From the NCBI GenBank assembly GCA_046330795.1, contig JAXLSA010000009.1: 64,000 bases of DNA; one strand, written 5' to 3'. The notes under the pieces were generated by a model. It did not search any database. It was not told the origin of the DNA and saw only the letters and a program-made list of their open reading frames with translations. Made by a program: the position numbers and the translations under genes. Source of the DNA: Mycobacterium sp. (GTDB lineage: Bacteria > Actinomycetota > Actinomycetes > Mycobacteriales > Mycobacteriaceae). Position 1 is the stretch's first letter. The number at the start of each line of letters is the position of its first letter. Shown in pieces: positions 1 to 10,221 of this stretch.

Positions 1-316
1 CCTGGGAGTCGGTCGCGTCCGGTGAGAGCAGCGGCGCGCGGACGGCCCAGACGTGCCGGCCGCCGGCGACGGTACCCAGGAACACGGCGTTGGCCGGTGG
101 CCGCTCACCGAGGTCGGCGGTGGTGTTGAAGACCACCTGGCCGTCGGCGATCAGCACCTGCCCGCGCGGGTCGACGCGCAGCACCGCGGCGTCGGCCCAG
201 CCGGCGATCGCCGCGTCGATGTCGGTGCGCAGGTGATCGGACCGGTCGGCGCCGACCCGGGACAGCAACGGGACGTTGCGCAGCTGGAAGCCGGAGCCCG
301 CGGACGACTCCGCCAT
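1..316 (-). CDS. nudC: NADH pyrophosphatase NudC, N-terminal part (runs off the left edge)
   Basis: Manual translation MAESSAGSGFQLRNVPLLSRVGADRSDHLRTD...VFLGTVAGGRHVWAVRA resembles the Rv3199c N-terminus; ATG overlaps the K+ channel TGA. Absent from the ORF track. Confidence 0.85.
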   Translation of the reverse strand, partial: MAESSAGSGFQLRNVPLLSRVGADRSDHLRTDIDAAIAGWADAAVLRVDPRGQVLIADGQVVFNTTADLGERPPANAVFLGTVAGGRHVWAVRAPLLSPDATDSQ

Positions 317-1401
317 CACTCGTCCTCGTCGTCGGCGCTGCGGATGTAGAGCAGCCGGTCCCCGGGCTCCATGGCGTCGACCTTCGGGTCGTCGATGCGC
401 AGCAGGTCCCCGTCGCGGATGACGCCGAGCACCGTCATCGGCAGGTGCCGCGGCGAACCGCCGACCTGTTTGAGGTCGACCTCCTTCTCGGCGATCGCCA
501 GCCCCGCGTCGGGGGTCAGCATGTCCTCCATCAGCTCCACGACCGCGGGCGCCTTCTTGGCGATGCCGAGCAGCCGGCCCGCCGTCTCCGAGGACACCAC
601 CACCGAATCGGCACCGGACTGCTGCAACAGATGCGCGTTCTCGGCCTCGCGCACCGAGGCGATGATCTTGGCGTCCGGGGCCAGTTCGCGCGCGGACAGC
701 GTCACCATGACCGCGGTGGGGTCACTGTTGGTGGCCACGATGATGGTCTCGGCGCGCTGCGCGCCGGCCAGCCGCAGCACATCCGACCGGTTGGCGTCGC
801 CGCGAACGGTCACCAGGCCGGCGGCGCTGGCCGTGTCCAGGGACGCCTGGTCGGTGTCGACGACGACGATCTCGCCCGGCGGCACCCCGTCACCGACCAT
901 GGCGGCGACGGCCGTCTTGCCCTTGGTGCCGTAGCCGATGACGACGGTGTGGTTGCGCACGGAGTTCCTCCATCGCTGAATCTTGAGGGCCTGGCGCGAG
1001 GCGGCGGTGAGCGTCTCGACGGTGGTGCCGATGAGGACGATCAGGAAGGCCACCCGCAGCGGCGTGATCACCAGGACGTTGACCAGGCGCGCCGACGGGC
1101 TGAGCGGGGTGATGTCGCCGTAGCCGGTGGTCGACAGCGACACCGTGGCGTAGTACAGGCAGTCCAGGAACGACATCTGGTTTTCCTGCACATCGCGGTA
1201 GCCGTCGCGGTCGAGGTAGACGATCAACACGGCGGCGAACAGGGCCAGCAGGGCGTAGAGGACGCGGCGGAGGATCCGGTTGGTCGGGCTGACGAACTTC
1301 TCGGGGATCCGCAGGTAGTCGACCAGCGCGGCATCGGGCTTGGCCGTCAGCTCCTGGTCGAGGACCCGCATTCGGTTCCGCAGCAGCCGGGACTCAGCCA
1401 C
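316..1401 (-). CDS. Potassium channel (2TM pore + TrkA-N/RCK domain), Rv3200c-like
   Basis: TTGYGD selectivity filter, two hydrophobic helices, GYGTKG Rossmann motif. Confidence 0.92.
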   Translation of the reverse strand: MAESRLLRNRMRVLDQELTAKPDAALVDYLRIPEKFVSPTNRILRRVLYALLALFAAVLIVYLDRDGYRDVQENQMSFLDCLYYATVSLSTTGYGDITPLSPSARLVNVLVITPLRVAFLIVLIGTTVETLTAASRQALKIQRWRNSVRNHTVVIGYGTKGKTAVAAMVGDGVPPGEIVVVDTDQASLDTASAAGLVTVRGDANRSDVLRLAGAQRAETIIVATNSDPTAVMVTLSARELAPDAKIIASVREAENAHLLQQSGADSVVVSSETAGRLLGIAKKAPAVVELMEDMLTPDAGLAIAEKEVDLKQVGGSPRHLPMTVLGVIRDGDLLRIDDPKVDAMEPGDRLLYIRSADDEDE

Positions 1402-1484
1402 CCCGGACCTCCGAACGGCGTTCCTCGCTCACGTCTGACCGGCGCACGCCATCATGTAACCATGAAGCCGAGACGAGCACGCCC

Positions 1485-1868
1485 ATGAGCCACCCTTCAC
1501 CCGCCGACGCGCAAAAGCTGGCCCTGGGCATGGCCGGAATGCTCACCACGGTGGGCATCCTGCACTTCGCCGCTCCGAAACCGTTCGACACCATCGTCCC
1601 GGCCGAACTACCCGGTAGCGCACGGTTCTACACGCATGCCTCGGGCGTGGCCGAACTCGGCACCGCGGCGCTGCTGGCCGTGCCACAGACCCGGCGCCTG
1701 GGCGCCACCGTCGCCATGGCCCTGTTCCTGGCGGTGTTCCCGGCCAACGTGAACATGGTGCGGTTGTGGTGGGGCAAGCCGTGGCCGATGCGGCTGGCCG
1801 CGATCGCCCGTCTGCCGCTGCAGATCCCGATGATCGTGCTGGCCAACCGGGTGCGCCGCGCGTCCTGA
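1485..1868 (+). CDS. Small DoxX-like membrane protein
   Basis: Hydrophobic 127 aa; GILHF, SGVAELG and FPAN motifs. Confidence 0.7.
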   Translation: MSHPSPADAQKLALGMAGMLTTVGILHFAAPKPFDTIVPAELPGSARFYTHASGVAELGTAALLAVPQTRRLGATVAMALFLAVFPANVNMVRLWWGKPWPMRLAAIARLPLQIPMIVLANRVRRAS

Positions 1869-1872
1869 CCGC

Positions 1873-4800
1873 TCACGCCGCGGACTCGGCGAGCAGGGCG
1901 GTCAGCTGTTCGGCGCTCGAGAGCTCGTCGGGCGCCACCGTCCTGCCCGAGCGCACGTAGTGGAATGCCGTGCGCACCTGCTCGACCCCGCAGCCCTGCA
2001 GTGCCGCCCATGCCAGCCGGTAGACGCCCAGTTGGACCGCTGCCTGTCGCCGTGACTCGGCATCGGCGGGCTCGGCGCCGGTCTTCCAGTCCACCACCGT
2101 GAATCCGCCGTCCGGGTCGGCGAACACCGCGTCGATGCGGCCTCGGACGACATGCCCACCGAGCGTCATCTCGAACGGCACCTCGACGTCGACGGGGGTG
2201 CGCGCCGCCCACGGCGACACCGCGAACGCATCCTGCAGTTCGGCCAGCCGCTCGGTCTGCGTCCGGCGCAGCTCACCGTCCACCGCGCCGGGCAGATCGT
2301 CGAGGTCGAACAGCCGCTCGGAGCCGTAGAACCGCTGCACCCAGTCGTGAAAGGCCGTGCCCAGCAACGCTTCCACATCGGGCCGGGCCGGTAGCCGCCG
2401 GTGCATCCGGCGCACCGCCGCAGCGCGGTCGCGGCCCAGGTCCACCAGGCCGCTGACCGACAGCTGAACGGGCAATGCGGCCGCGGGCGGCACCGCGGCG
2501 GCGGCCCGCTCGGCCAGCAGCGCGTCGACGTCGGCGGCCCAGCCGTGCCGATCGCCGCCCGGCGTGGGGTCGAGCCCACCGGCCAGCGCGGCCCGGGCCG
2601 CGGCCACCATCGCCGCGCCGCTTGCCTGCGCCGTGCTGGCCGGGCGTTGCGGCCATTGCGCTTCGATGATGTTGTTCCGCAACGGGTTCAGCTCACCATT
2701 GGCCGGATCGGGTGCCCACTGGTCGATCTCGCCCGCGGCCTCGGCACCGTCGATGATGTCGCGGACCTCGAGCAGGAATTCCGACGGCCCGCGCGGCGTG
2801 AGGCCGGTGGCACCCCAGTGGTGCCCGGACAGCAACAGCGTGTCCTCGGCCCGGGTGACGGCGACGTACAGCAGGCGGCGTTCCTCATCGAGGCGCCGCC
2901 GGGCCAGCTGATCACGATGCCCGGTGATGCTGTCCGACAACTGCTTTCGGTCGGTGACGGCCGACAGGTCGAGCACCGGCACGCCGTGCCGGCCGCCGCC
3001 CTGATCGCCGGCCCGGTCGCCGCGCAGCAGCGGAGGCAGCTCGCCGGCGTCGGACAGCCAGGTGCGCGCCGTCGCGGTGGACGGGAACACCCGGCCCGAC
3101 AGATGAGGCACCGCCACGATCTGCCATTCCAGTCCCTTGGCGGCGTGCACGGTGAGCACCTGCACGCGGTGGTCGGCGGCACCGACGTCGGCAGTCACAT
3201 CGGCAGGGGGCAGCCCGTCCTCCACCGACTCGGCGGCCTCCAGGTAGCCCAGCAGCGCGGTGACGTCCCGGCTCCTCGGCGCCCCGGCAGCCCACGCGTC
3301 GACGATGTCGGCGAACGCGTCGAGCTGCTCGGTGCCGCGCCCGGCGGCCCGCACCTCCAGGTCCACCCCCATCGACCGGCGGACCTCGGCGACCACGTCG
3401 GCCACCGGATGGTCCAGATGGCCGCGCAGCGCGGTCAGCTCGTCGGCCAGGGCCCGGATGCGGGCCAGCCCGGTCGCCGAATAGGCCTGCGCCGGACCGG
3501 GATCGCATACCGCGTCGGCCAAGCAGGGGTGATCGGCATCGGGCGCGGCGGCCGCCACCACCTCCGCAACGGTGCCCGCCGCCGCGGCCGAACCGTCGGC
3601 CAGGGTGCGGGCGCGGCGCCACAGCGCGGCGAGGTCGCGCGCGCCCAGCCGCCAGCGTGCTCCGGTGAGCACCCGCACGGCGGCGGGGCCCGCGGTGGGT
3701 TCGGCCACCATCCGCAGCATTGCCACCACGTCGGCGACCTCGTCGACACCCAGCAGGCCCGCCAGGCCGACGACCTCGACCGGCAGGCCGTGCGCGCGCA
3801 GCGCCTCCGCCATGGGTGCGGCATCGGCGTTGCGCCGCACCAGCACCGCCGCCGTCGGCGGGCCGCCCTGCTCGCCGGCCAGCGCGCGGTACCGCCCGGC
3901 CAGTTGGCCGGCGACCCAATCACGTTCGGCCACAACGTCGGACAGCAGCGCGCAGCGGACGGTTCCGGGATCGGCGCCGGGCCGTGGACGCAGGGACCCG
4001 ACGGCCACCGACCGGCGCCGGGCACCGGCGGACAGCTCGTTGGCCACGTGCAGCGTGCTCGGCGGATTGCGCCAGCTGGTCCGCAATTCCAGCGTGGGAG
4101 CCGGGCTGCCGTCGGCGAGCGGGAAGTCGGTCTGGAACCGCGGCAGGTTGGTGGCCGAGGCACCCCGCCAGCCGTAGATGGATTGGATCGGATCGCCCAC
4201 CGCGGTCAGTGCCAACCCGTCGTCGGCTCCCCCGCCGAACAACGCCGACAACGCGATGCGCTGCGCGTGGCCGGTGTCCTGGTACTCGTCGAGCAGGACC
4301 ACCCGGTAGCGCTCCCGCAGCGCGGCACCGACCTGTGGAAAGCGTTGGGCCAGTTGGGCTGCCGTGGACATCTGCATCCCGAAGTCCATCGCCTTCTCGG
4401 CCTGCAGCCGGGCGTGCAGCGCGTCGACCAACGGGACCAGTTCGGCTCGCTCGGTCTGGATCGCCAGCAGCTTCAGCAGATACTGGTTCGGGCCGCGGTC
4501 GCGCTGATTGGCTCCCGGTGGCAGCGTGTGCACCAGACGCTCGAGTTCACCGTGGGTGTCGCGCAGCTGCGTGGTGGTGACCAGGTGCTCGGCGAGCTGC
4601 CCCGACAGCCGCAGCACCAGATCGGTGACCGCCGCTGGGGACCGGCTCGTCTCCAGCTCGCCCGGATACCCGCAGACCACCTCGAATGCCAACTGCCACA
4701 ACTCGGTTGGGCTCAGCAGCCGGGTGTCCGGCTCGACGGGCAGCAGCAGGCCGTGCTCGCGCAGCAGAGTGCCCGCGAACGCGTGATACGTGCTGACGGT

Positions 4801-5115
4801 CGGCGTTTCGTCGACGGCGCCCCCGGCTGCGAGCAGGCCGGTGCCGGCCAGCCGGGCCAGCCGGGACCGCACCCGGCGCAGCAGCTGCCCAGCGGCCTTG
4901 CGGGTGAACGTCAACCCCAGTACCTGCCCGGGGTGGGCGTGGCCGTTGGCCACCAGCCACACCACCCGCGCGGCCATGGTCTCGGTCTTGCCGGCGCCCG
5001 CGCCGGCGATGACGACCAGCGGGCCGGGCGGTGCGGCGATGACCGCCGCCTGCTCGTCGGTGGGCCGGTGCACACCGAGCGCATCGGCCAGTTCGATCGG
5101 GCTGTATCGCGTCAT
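1873..5115 (-). CDS. adnB: AdnB helicase-nuclease motor subunit (Rv3201c)
   Basis: AGAGAGKT Walker A, LDEYQDT, VGDPIQSIYGWRGA, TVHAAKGLEW, C-terminal RecB-type GRIDAVF...DWKTG. Confidence 0.95.
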   Translation of the reverse strand: MTRYSPIELADALGVHRPTDEQAAVIAAPPGPLVVIAGAGAGKTETMAARVVWLVANGHAHPGQVLGLTFTRKAAGQLLRRVRSRLARLAGTGLLAAGGAVDETPTVSTYHAFAGTLLREHGLLLPVEPDTRLLSPTELWQLAFEVVCGYPGELETSRSPAAVTDLVLRLSGQLAEHLVTTTQLRDTHGELERLVHTLPPGANQRDRGPNQYLLKLLAIQTERAELVPLVDALHARLQAEKAMDFGMQMSTAAQLAQRFPQVGAALRERYRVVLLDEYQDTGHAQRIALSALFGGGADDGLALTAVGDPIQSIYGWRGASATNLPRFQTDFPLADGSPAPTLELRTSWRNPPSTLHVANELSAGARRRSVAVGSLRPRPGADPGTVRCALLSDVVAERDWVAGQLAGRYRALAGEQGGPPTAAVLVRRNADAAPMAEALRAHGLPVEVVGLAGLLGVDEVADVVAMLRMVAEPTAGPAAVRVLTGARWRLGARDLAALWRRARTLADGSAAAAGTVAEVVAAAAPDADHPCLADAVCDPGPAQAYSATGLARIRALADELTALRGHLDHPVADVVAEVRRSMGVDLEVRAAGRGTEQLDAFADIVDAWAAGAPRSRDVTALLGYLEAAESVEDGLPPADVTADVGAADHRVQVLTVHAAKGLEWQIVAVPHLSGRVFPSTATARTWLSDAGELPPLLRGDRAGDQGGGRHGVPVLDLSAVTDRKQLSDSITGHRDQLARRRLDEERRLLYVAVTRAEDTLLLSGHHWGATGLTPRGPSEFLLEVRDIIDGAEAAGEIDQWAPDPANGELNPLRNNIIEAQWPQRPASTAQASGAAMVAAARAALAGGLDPTPGGDRHGWAADVDALLAERAAAAVPPAAALPVQLSVSGLVDLGRDRAAAVRRMHRRLPARPDVEALLGTAFHDWVQRFYGSERLFDLDDLPGAVDGELRRTQTERLAELQDAFAVSPWAARTPVDVEVPFEMTLGGHVVRGRIDAVFADPDGGFTVVDWKTGAEPADAESRRQAAVQLGVYRLAWAALQGCGVEQVRTAFHYVRSGRTVAPDELSSAEQLTALLAESAA

Positions 5116-8100
5116 GAGGTCTCCGTGGTCGGGTGCTGGGCGGGGCAGGATCGCCGAACCGGGCAGTGCGAGCAGCCGTCGTTGACCCGGGCGGTGAAAT
5201 CCGGTCCGGCGGTGGCGGCCGCGGCCCGGCGGACCTGATCGAGGCGTTCCTCGGCCGTGTCGACGGTCAGCGGGTCCTGTTCGCGTTCGGTGGCCCCGCT
5301 CTTCGCCAGCGCCGGCTTCCCCAGGTAGACCAGGCGCCCGCCGCCGGGCACCGCTTCTTCGCCGGTCAGGTCGTGGGCGATGGCCAGCTGATACAGGCCC
5401 AGCTGGGCGTGCCGTTGCGCGTCGTCCTTGGTGACCGGGCTCTTGCCGGTCTTGACGTCGACGACCACCAGCCGGCCCTCGGCGTCACGCTCGAGCCGGT
5501 CGATGCGGCCCGTCACCCGCACCGCCGGTCCCCCGGCCCCGTCGGCGGGCAGGATCCCCTCGACGGCGACCTCGGTGCCGGCCTCGGTCAGCGCACCGCG
5601 GGTGTCCTCCCGCCAGGTCAGGAAGGTGGCCAGCATGGCGCGGTGGCGGTCCAACTCGTTGCGGGCGAACCATTCCGCGCCGAACGGCAGCTGCGGCCAG
5701 ACGGCGTCGAGCTGTGCGACCAGCTGCTCGTAGCCGGCACCGCGCTGGGCGATCAGGGCATGGATGAGCGACCCCGCCGTCGAGCGTTCGTCGCCGGCGG
5801 TGCGCCCGCCGTGGCGTTCGAGCAGCCAGCGCAGCGGGCAGTCCTGCAGGTTCTGCAGGGTCGACGGTGAGATGGCGACGGTGTGGTCGGGCCCGCTCCA
5901 CAGCGGTTCGGCGGTGCTGATCGCGGTGGCCGATTGCCACTCCGACGGGTCGGCCCCACGCACCCCGGCATCGGCCAGCCGAGCCAATTGCAGTGCGGCA
6001 CAGGACCGGTCCTCATCGCTGACACTGCCCTGCGGTGCGCAGACCACGGCACGCAACCGGCCGACGACGGCCGGTACGGACAGCACGGTCGGCGCGGCGA
6101 CCGGCACCGGCGCCGGGGTGGCCGCACCGGTGGTATGCGCGGCGATGTCGTGGAAGAACGGCGACGGCAGGATGAGGTCGGCCGCATCCCCATCCCCGGC
6201 GTCGACCGCGGTGACCACCAGCCGGCGGCGGGCCCGGCCCATCGCGGCGATCAGCAGCCGGCGTTCGTCGGCCAGCACCGGGGCCCGGACGCTGGCGTCG
6301 TCGGGAACGTCGTCGAGGACATCGAGCAATCGCGCCGTGCCCAGAACGCCGCCCCGTGGAATCGCGTTGGGCCACAATCCTTCCTGCAGTCCGGCGATCA
6401 CGACGGTGTCCCATTCGCGCCCGATGGCCTGGTGCGGGCTCAGCAGCGGCACGGCATCGGGGGTGTGCACCGGTTCGGCCGCGCGCACCGGCAGGCGCAA
6501 CCCGGCGATGTGATCGAGCAGCGCGGCGATCCCCGCGCCGGGGTTGGCGGTGATGAATTGTTCGGCGGCGTCGAACAGCGCGGTGACGGCGTCGAGGGTC
6601 TGGGCGGCCCGCAGGCCGGACTGCCCCCCATGCTCCGAGGAAGTGACCAGGCGCTGCGGCAGACCGCTGCGCCGCCACGCCTCCCACAGGGCAAGCCGCG
6701 GGTCGTCGGCCGCCCGCTGCGCGGCGCGCAGCACCGCGCGGACCCGCCGTAGTGGTTTGCGGTGCGCGGGGGCCAGGGATTCGGGCACCCCGCGGCGCAG
6801 CACCGCCAGCAGCGACTCACCGAAGTTCCGGTCCGGCTCGAGCCGGCGCAGCGCTCGGCGCAGCTGACGCAGGGTGACCGGATCAACCCGCCCGAGGGGA
6901 CCGGTCAGCAGTTCCTCGGCGCATTGGGCGGTGGGACCGTCCGCAGTGGCCGCCAGCACCTGCAGCAGGGCCCGGACGACGGCGTTGTCGGGCAGCGGTG
7001 CGGCCATTGCCGGCGGCGCGACCGGAACCCCGGCGGCCGCCAGCGCCCGCGGCAGGCCCGCCCCGGCCCGCGGCACCGAGCGCACGATGACGGCCATCTG
7101 CGACCACGGCACCCCGTCGACGAGATGCGCCCGCCGCAGGGTGTCGGCGACGACGGCCGCCTCGGCGTGCTCGGAGGCCACCAGCACCGCGTGCACGTCG
7201 CCGCCGTCCCCCTCACAGCCGGTGATCGACCGAACTGGGGAGTGCCCGGGCAGCAGCGCGGCCATCCCGGTCACCGCCCGCGCCACCGCCGGGGCGCACC
7301 GGTGGCTGACGTCCAGGTGCACGGCCGGCCCGTGGCCGCCGAGCAGCGCGCCGGCATCGGCGCCGCGGAACCCGAACACCGCCTGGTTCGGATCGCCGGC
7401 CAGGACCGTGGCCCCGGCGCCGCGGGCGAGCACCTGGACCAGCAGCGCGGCCTGCGGGTCCAGGTTCTGGACGTCGTCGACGAGCAGCAGCCCGATCCGG
7501 GCGTGTTCGGCCGCCAGCAGCCCGCGGTCGACGGCCAGGGCGTCCAGCGCGGCCCCGACCAGATCGGCGGCGCCCAGTGCCGGCACGGTGGCCTGCGGTG
7601 CGGCCATCCCGACCGCCGCCCGCAGCAGCATCACCTGCTCGTACTGCTGGGCGAACCGGCCGGCCGCGACCCATTCCGGCCGGCCGTGCAACCGGCCGAT
7701 GCGCTGCAGCTGCACGGGGTCGATCCCGCGCTCGGCGCACCGCGACATCAGGTCCCGCAGTTCGTTGGCGAATCCGTCGGTGCTCAGCGCCGCCCGCAGC
7801 GCGGCCGGCCAGCCGCGGGCACCGTCCTCGAGGTCGCCGGCGAGCAGTTCGCGGATGACGTTGTCCTGCTCGGCGCCGGTGATCAGGCGCGGCGGCGGAT
7901 CCCCGGCGCGTTGTGCGGCCAGCCGCAGCACCGCGAACGCGTAGGCGTGCACGGACCGCACCAGCGGGCCCCGGATCGCCCGGTGCCCGGCCAGCAGCGT
8001 GGCCGTCAGCGCGCCCCGGGCCTGCGCGCCGAGCCGGCCCGAGCCCGTCAGCAGCAGGACCGATTCCGGGTCGGCCCCGGCCCCGATCCGGGCCGCCGCA

Positions 8101-8219
8101 GCGTCCAGCAGCAGCTGGGTCTTGCCGGTCCCCGGCCCGCCGAGCAGCCGCACGGTGCCGCGCAGCCCGGGGTCGAGCACGCACCCGGTCTGCGCGCTGG
8201 AGGTGTCGGAGGGGACCAT
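5112..8219 (-). CDS. adnA: AdnA helicase-nuclease subunit (Rv3202c)
   Basis: GGPGTGKT, degenerate helicase motifs, nuclease GRIDRLE...DVKTG, Fe-S cysteines (DCP...CSHCPVRRSC); start moved from 8624 to ATG 8219. Confidence 0.93.
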   Translation of the reverse strand: MVPSDTSSAQTGCVLDPGLRGTVRLLGGPGTGKTQLLLDAAAARIGAGADPESVLLLTGSGRLGAQARGALTATLLAGHRAIRGPLVRSVHAYAFAVLRLAAQRAGDPPPRLITGAEQDNVIRELLAGDLEDGARGWPAALRAALSTDGFANELRDLMSRCAERGIDPVQLQRIGRLHGRPEWVAAGRFAQQYEQVMLLRAAVGMAAPQATVPALGAADLVGAALDALAVDRGLLAAEHARIGLLLVDDVQNLDPQAALLVQVLARGAGATVLAGDPNQAVFGFRGADAGALLGGHGPAVHLDVSHRCAPAVARAVTGMAALLPGHSPVRSITGCEGDGGDVHAVLVASEHAEAAVVADTLRRAHLVDGVPWSQMAVIVRSVPRAGAGLPRALAAAGVPVAPPAMAAPLPDNAVVRALLQVLAATADGPTAQCAEELLTGPLGRVDPVTLRQLRRALRRLEPDRNFGESLLAVLRRGVPESLAPAHRKPLRRVRAVLRAAQRAADDPRLALWEAWRRSGLPQRLVTSSEHGGQSGLRAAQTLDAVTALFDAAEQFITANPGAGIAALLDHIAGLRLPVRAAEPVHTPDAVPLLSPHQAIGREWDTVVIAGLQEGLWPNAIPRGGVLGTARLLDVLDDVPDDASVRAPVLADERRLLIAAMGRARRRLVVTAVDAGDGDAADLILPSPFFHDIAAHTTGAATPAPVPVAAPTVLSVPAVVGRLRAVVCAPQGSVSDEDRSCAALQLARLADAGVRGADPSEWQSATAISTAEPLWSGPDHTVAISPSTLQNLQDCPLRWLLERHGGRTAGDERSTAGSLIHALIAQRGAGYEQLVAQLDAVWPQLPFGAEWFARNELDRHRAMLATFLTWREDTRGALTEAGTEVAVEGILPADGAGGPAVRVTGRIDRLERDAEGRLVVVDVKTGKSPVTKDDAQRHAQLGLYQLAIAHDLTGEEAVPGGGRLVYLGKPALAKSGATEREQDPLTVDTAEERLDQVRRAAAATAGPDFTARVNDGCSHCPVRRSCPAQHPTTETS

Positions 8220-8226
8220 GTGGAGC

Positions 8227-8249
8227 ATGACAGCACAGGCCACCGACAA
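8227..8249 (-). promoter_or_regulatory. RecA-NDp/PafBC-type DNA-damage promoter of adnAB
   Basis: Minus strand TTGTCGGTG-N8-TGTCAT, then 7 nt to the adnA ATG; matches tTGTCRgtg-N8-TAnnnT with one -10 mismatch. Confidence 0.7.
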
Positions 8250-9015
8250 GTCGGACCGAGCGCTGCACGTGCACCGGTACGGCCCGGCGGGCGCGCCGCG
8301 GGTGCTGGCCCTGCACGGGCTGACCGGGCACGGCCAGCGCTGGCAGCAGCTGGCCGAGCAGCATCTGCCCGGGGTCGCGGTGGCCGCACCGGATCTGATC
8401 GGGCATGGCCGATCGACCTGGTCGGCGCCATGGTCCATCGACGCCAACGCCGTCGCCCTGGCCGGCCTGCTCACCGAACCGGTTGTGCTGGTGGCGCATT
8501 CGTTCGGCTGCGCGGTGGCCCTGCGGCTGGCCGCCGAGCGGCCCGATCTGGTGTCCGCACTGGTGCTGCTGGATCCGGCGGTGGGATTGCCCGGCGGCTG
8601 GATGGCCGAGATCGCCGACGCCATGTTCGCCTCCCCGGACTACACCGACGCCGCCGAGGCCCGCTCCGAGAAGACGTCGGGCTCCTGGGCCGACGTCGAC
8701 GATGCGCAGCTGGACACCGAGTTCGCCGAGCACCTGGTGACGCTGCCCGGCGGCCGGGTCGGCTGGCGAATCAGCATCCCGGCCATGATGGCCTACTGGA
8801 GCGAGCTGGCCCGCGATATCACGTTGCCGCCCAAGGATATTCCCGTCACCGTCGTGCGCGCAGCCAAGACGTCGCCGCCGTACGTCACCCCCCGATTGGT
8901 CGAGGCGTTGCAGGACCGGCCGGATTTCCGGCTGATCGAGATGGACTGCCATCACATGGTGCCACTGGCCCGCCCCGCCGAGACCGCGCAGCTGATCCGC
9001 GAGCGACTTTCCTGA
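8227..9015 (+). CDS. lipV: Alpha/beta hydrolase LipV (Rv3203)
   Basis: HGLTGHG oxyanion region, AHSFG nucleophile elbow, synteny. Confidence 0.88.
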   Translation: MTAQATDKSDRALHVHRYGPAGAPRVLALHGLTGHGQRWQQLAEQHLPGVAVAAPDLIGHGRSTWSAPWSIDANAVALAGLLTEPVVLVAHSFGCAVALRLAAERPDLVSALVLLDPAVGLPGGWMAEIADAMFASPDYTDAAEARSEKTSGSWADVDDAQLDTEFAEHLVTLPGGRVGWRISIPAMMAYWSELARDITLPPKDIPVTVVRAAKTSPPYVTPRLVEALQDRPDFRLIEMDCHHMVPLARPAETAQLIRERLS

Positions 9016-9016
9016 A

Positions 9017-9313
9017 ATGGCACCGGTCACCGACGACCAGGTGGAGCGGGTGCGGGAGCTGGTGGCGTCGATCCCGGCGGGCCGGGTCGCCACCTACGGC
9101 GACATCGCCTCGGCGGCAGAGCTTTCCAGCCCCCGCATCGTCGGCTGGATCATGCGGACGGACTCGTCGGACCTGCCGTGGCATCGCGTGGTCCCGGCAT
9201 CCGGACGCCCGGCGCCGCACCTGGCCACCCGGCAACTGGAACGATTGCGTGCCGAAGGAGTGCTGGCCGATGACGGCCGGATCCCGTTGCGGCAGTGCCG
9301 CTTTCCGCTATAG
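9017..9313 (+). CDS. Alkyltransferase-like (MGMT family) protein, Rv3204
   Basis: IPAGRVATYGDIA and PWHRVV (Trp in place of the catalytic Cys = ATL). Confidence 0.92.
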   Translation: MAPVTDDQVERVRELVASIPAGRVATYGDIASAAELSSPRIVGWIMRTDSSDLPWHRVVPASGRPAPHLATRQLERLRAEGVLADDGRIPLRQCRFPL

Positions 9314-10162
9314 CGCCAGGCGCACCAGCGCGGCCGTGCGGGCCAGCCCGGGGAACGCCGACGCGGTGGCCCGCGGATGCAGGGCATGGACCGCGAGACG
9401 GAACATCAAGGCGCGCAACAACATCTGCGGCCATTCCGGCAGCGCGTCCCACCGGTCGATCAGCCCGTCGTCGGCCTCACCCCAGGACAGGGCGTCGACG
9501 ACGACCACACCGGCCGCCCACGACGCCGGCCGCCAGTAGGGGGCCATGTCGGTGATCCCCGGCGCGGCCGAGCCGGCGAACAACACCGTGCCGTACAGGT
9601 CGCCGTGCACCAGCTGACTGGCGCTCTTGATCGGTTTACGCAGTGTCGCAAGCTGTTCGAGCAGATCCACCGAGCGTTCCCCGTCGGCCGAGGCCGGCGA
9701 CCACGGCGCTCCGGGCGGCAGTGAATGCAGCGGCCGGTCCTCCCACGCGGCGCGGTCCGCGGCGGTGAAGACGTCGACCTCGGTCCATGGCGGCACGGGC
9801 GCCTGGGTCAGGAACCGGGGCCGCTCGAGCGCGGAGGTGGCCTCGTGCAGCCGGACCGCCACCGACACGACCTCGTCGTGGCGCGGTTCCGGGGTGCCCG
9901 CGACGAACGTGTCGGCCCGCCAGCCCGCCACCACGAACCGTCCGTCGGTGGACCGCACGGGCCGTGCCAGCCGGATGCCGTCGATGAACAACGTCTCGCG
10001 CACCTTGGCCGACCAGGCGGCCCGGGCATGGTCGGCCACCATCGACAACACCACTTCGCCGCAGCGCCAGCCGCCCTCCCAGCCCGCGCCGAGCGGAGTC
10101 GGTTGTGTCCCACGGAGTCCGAACGCGACGAGCACCAGATCGGGCGGGGATTCGAGCGTCAC
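9308..10162 (-). CDS. TIGR02569 family kinase-like protein (Rv3205c)
   Basis: LVHGDLYGTVLF APH-like motif, synteny. Confidence 0.85.
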   Translation of the reverse strand: MTLESPPDLVLVAFGLRGTQPTPLGAGWEGGWRCGEVVLSMVADHARAAWSAKVRETLFIDGIRLARPVRSTDGRFVVAGWRADTFVAGTPEPRHDEVVSVAVRLHEATSALERPRFLTQAPVPPWTEVDVFTAADRAAWEDRPLHSLPPGAPWSPASADGERSVDLLEQLATLRKPIKSASQLVHGDLYGTVLFAGSAAPGITDMAPYWRPASWAAGVVVVDALSWGEADDGLIDRWDALPEWPQMLLRALMFRLAVHALHPRATASAFPGLARTAALVRLAL

Positions 10163-10221
10163 CCCGTCACCCTAACGCCGCGACGTTCCAGTTCCGGGCC
10201 GCTGACCAGCTGTGTCGCGGG

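Noticed and set aside
2401-9539. Very long plus-strand ORFs (945 aa, 925 aa) opposite adnAB
   Set aside because: Antisense shadow ORFs typical of high-GC DNA; Arg/Gly/Pro/Gln-rich with no motifs, and fully overlapping well-supported genes.
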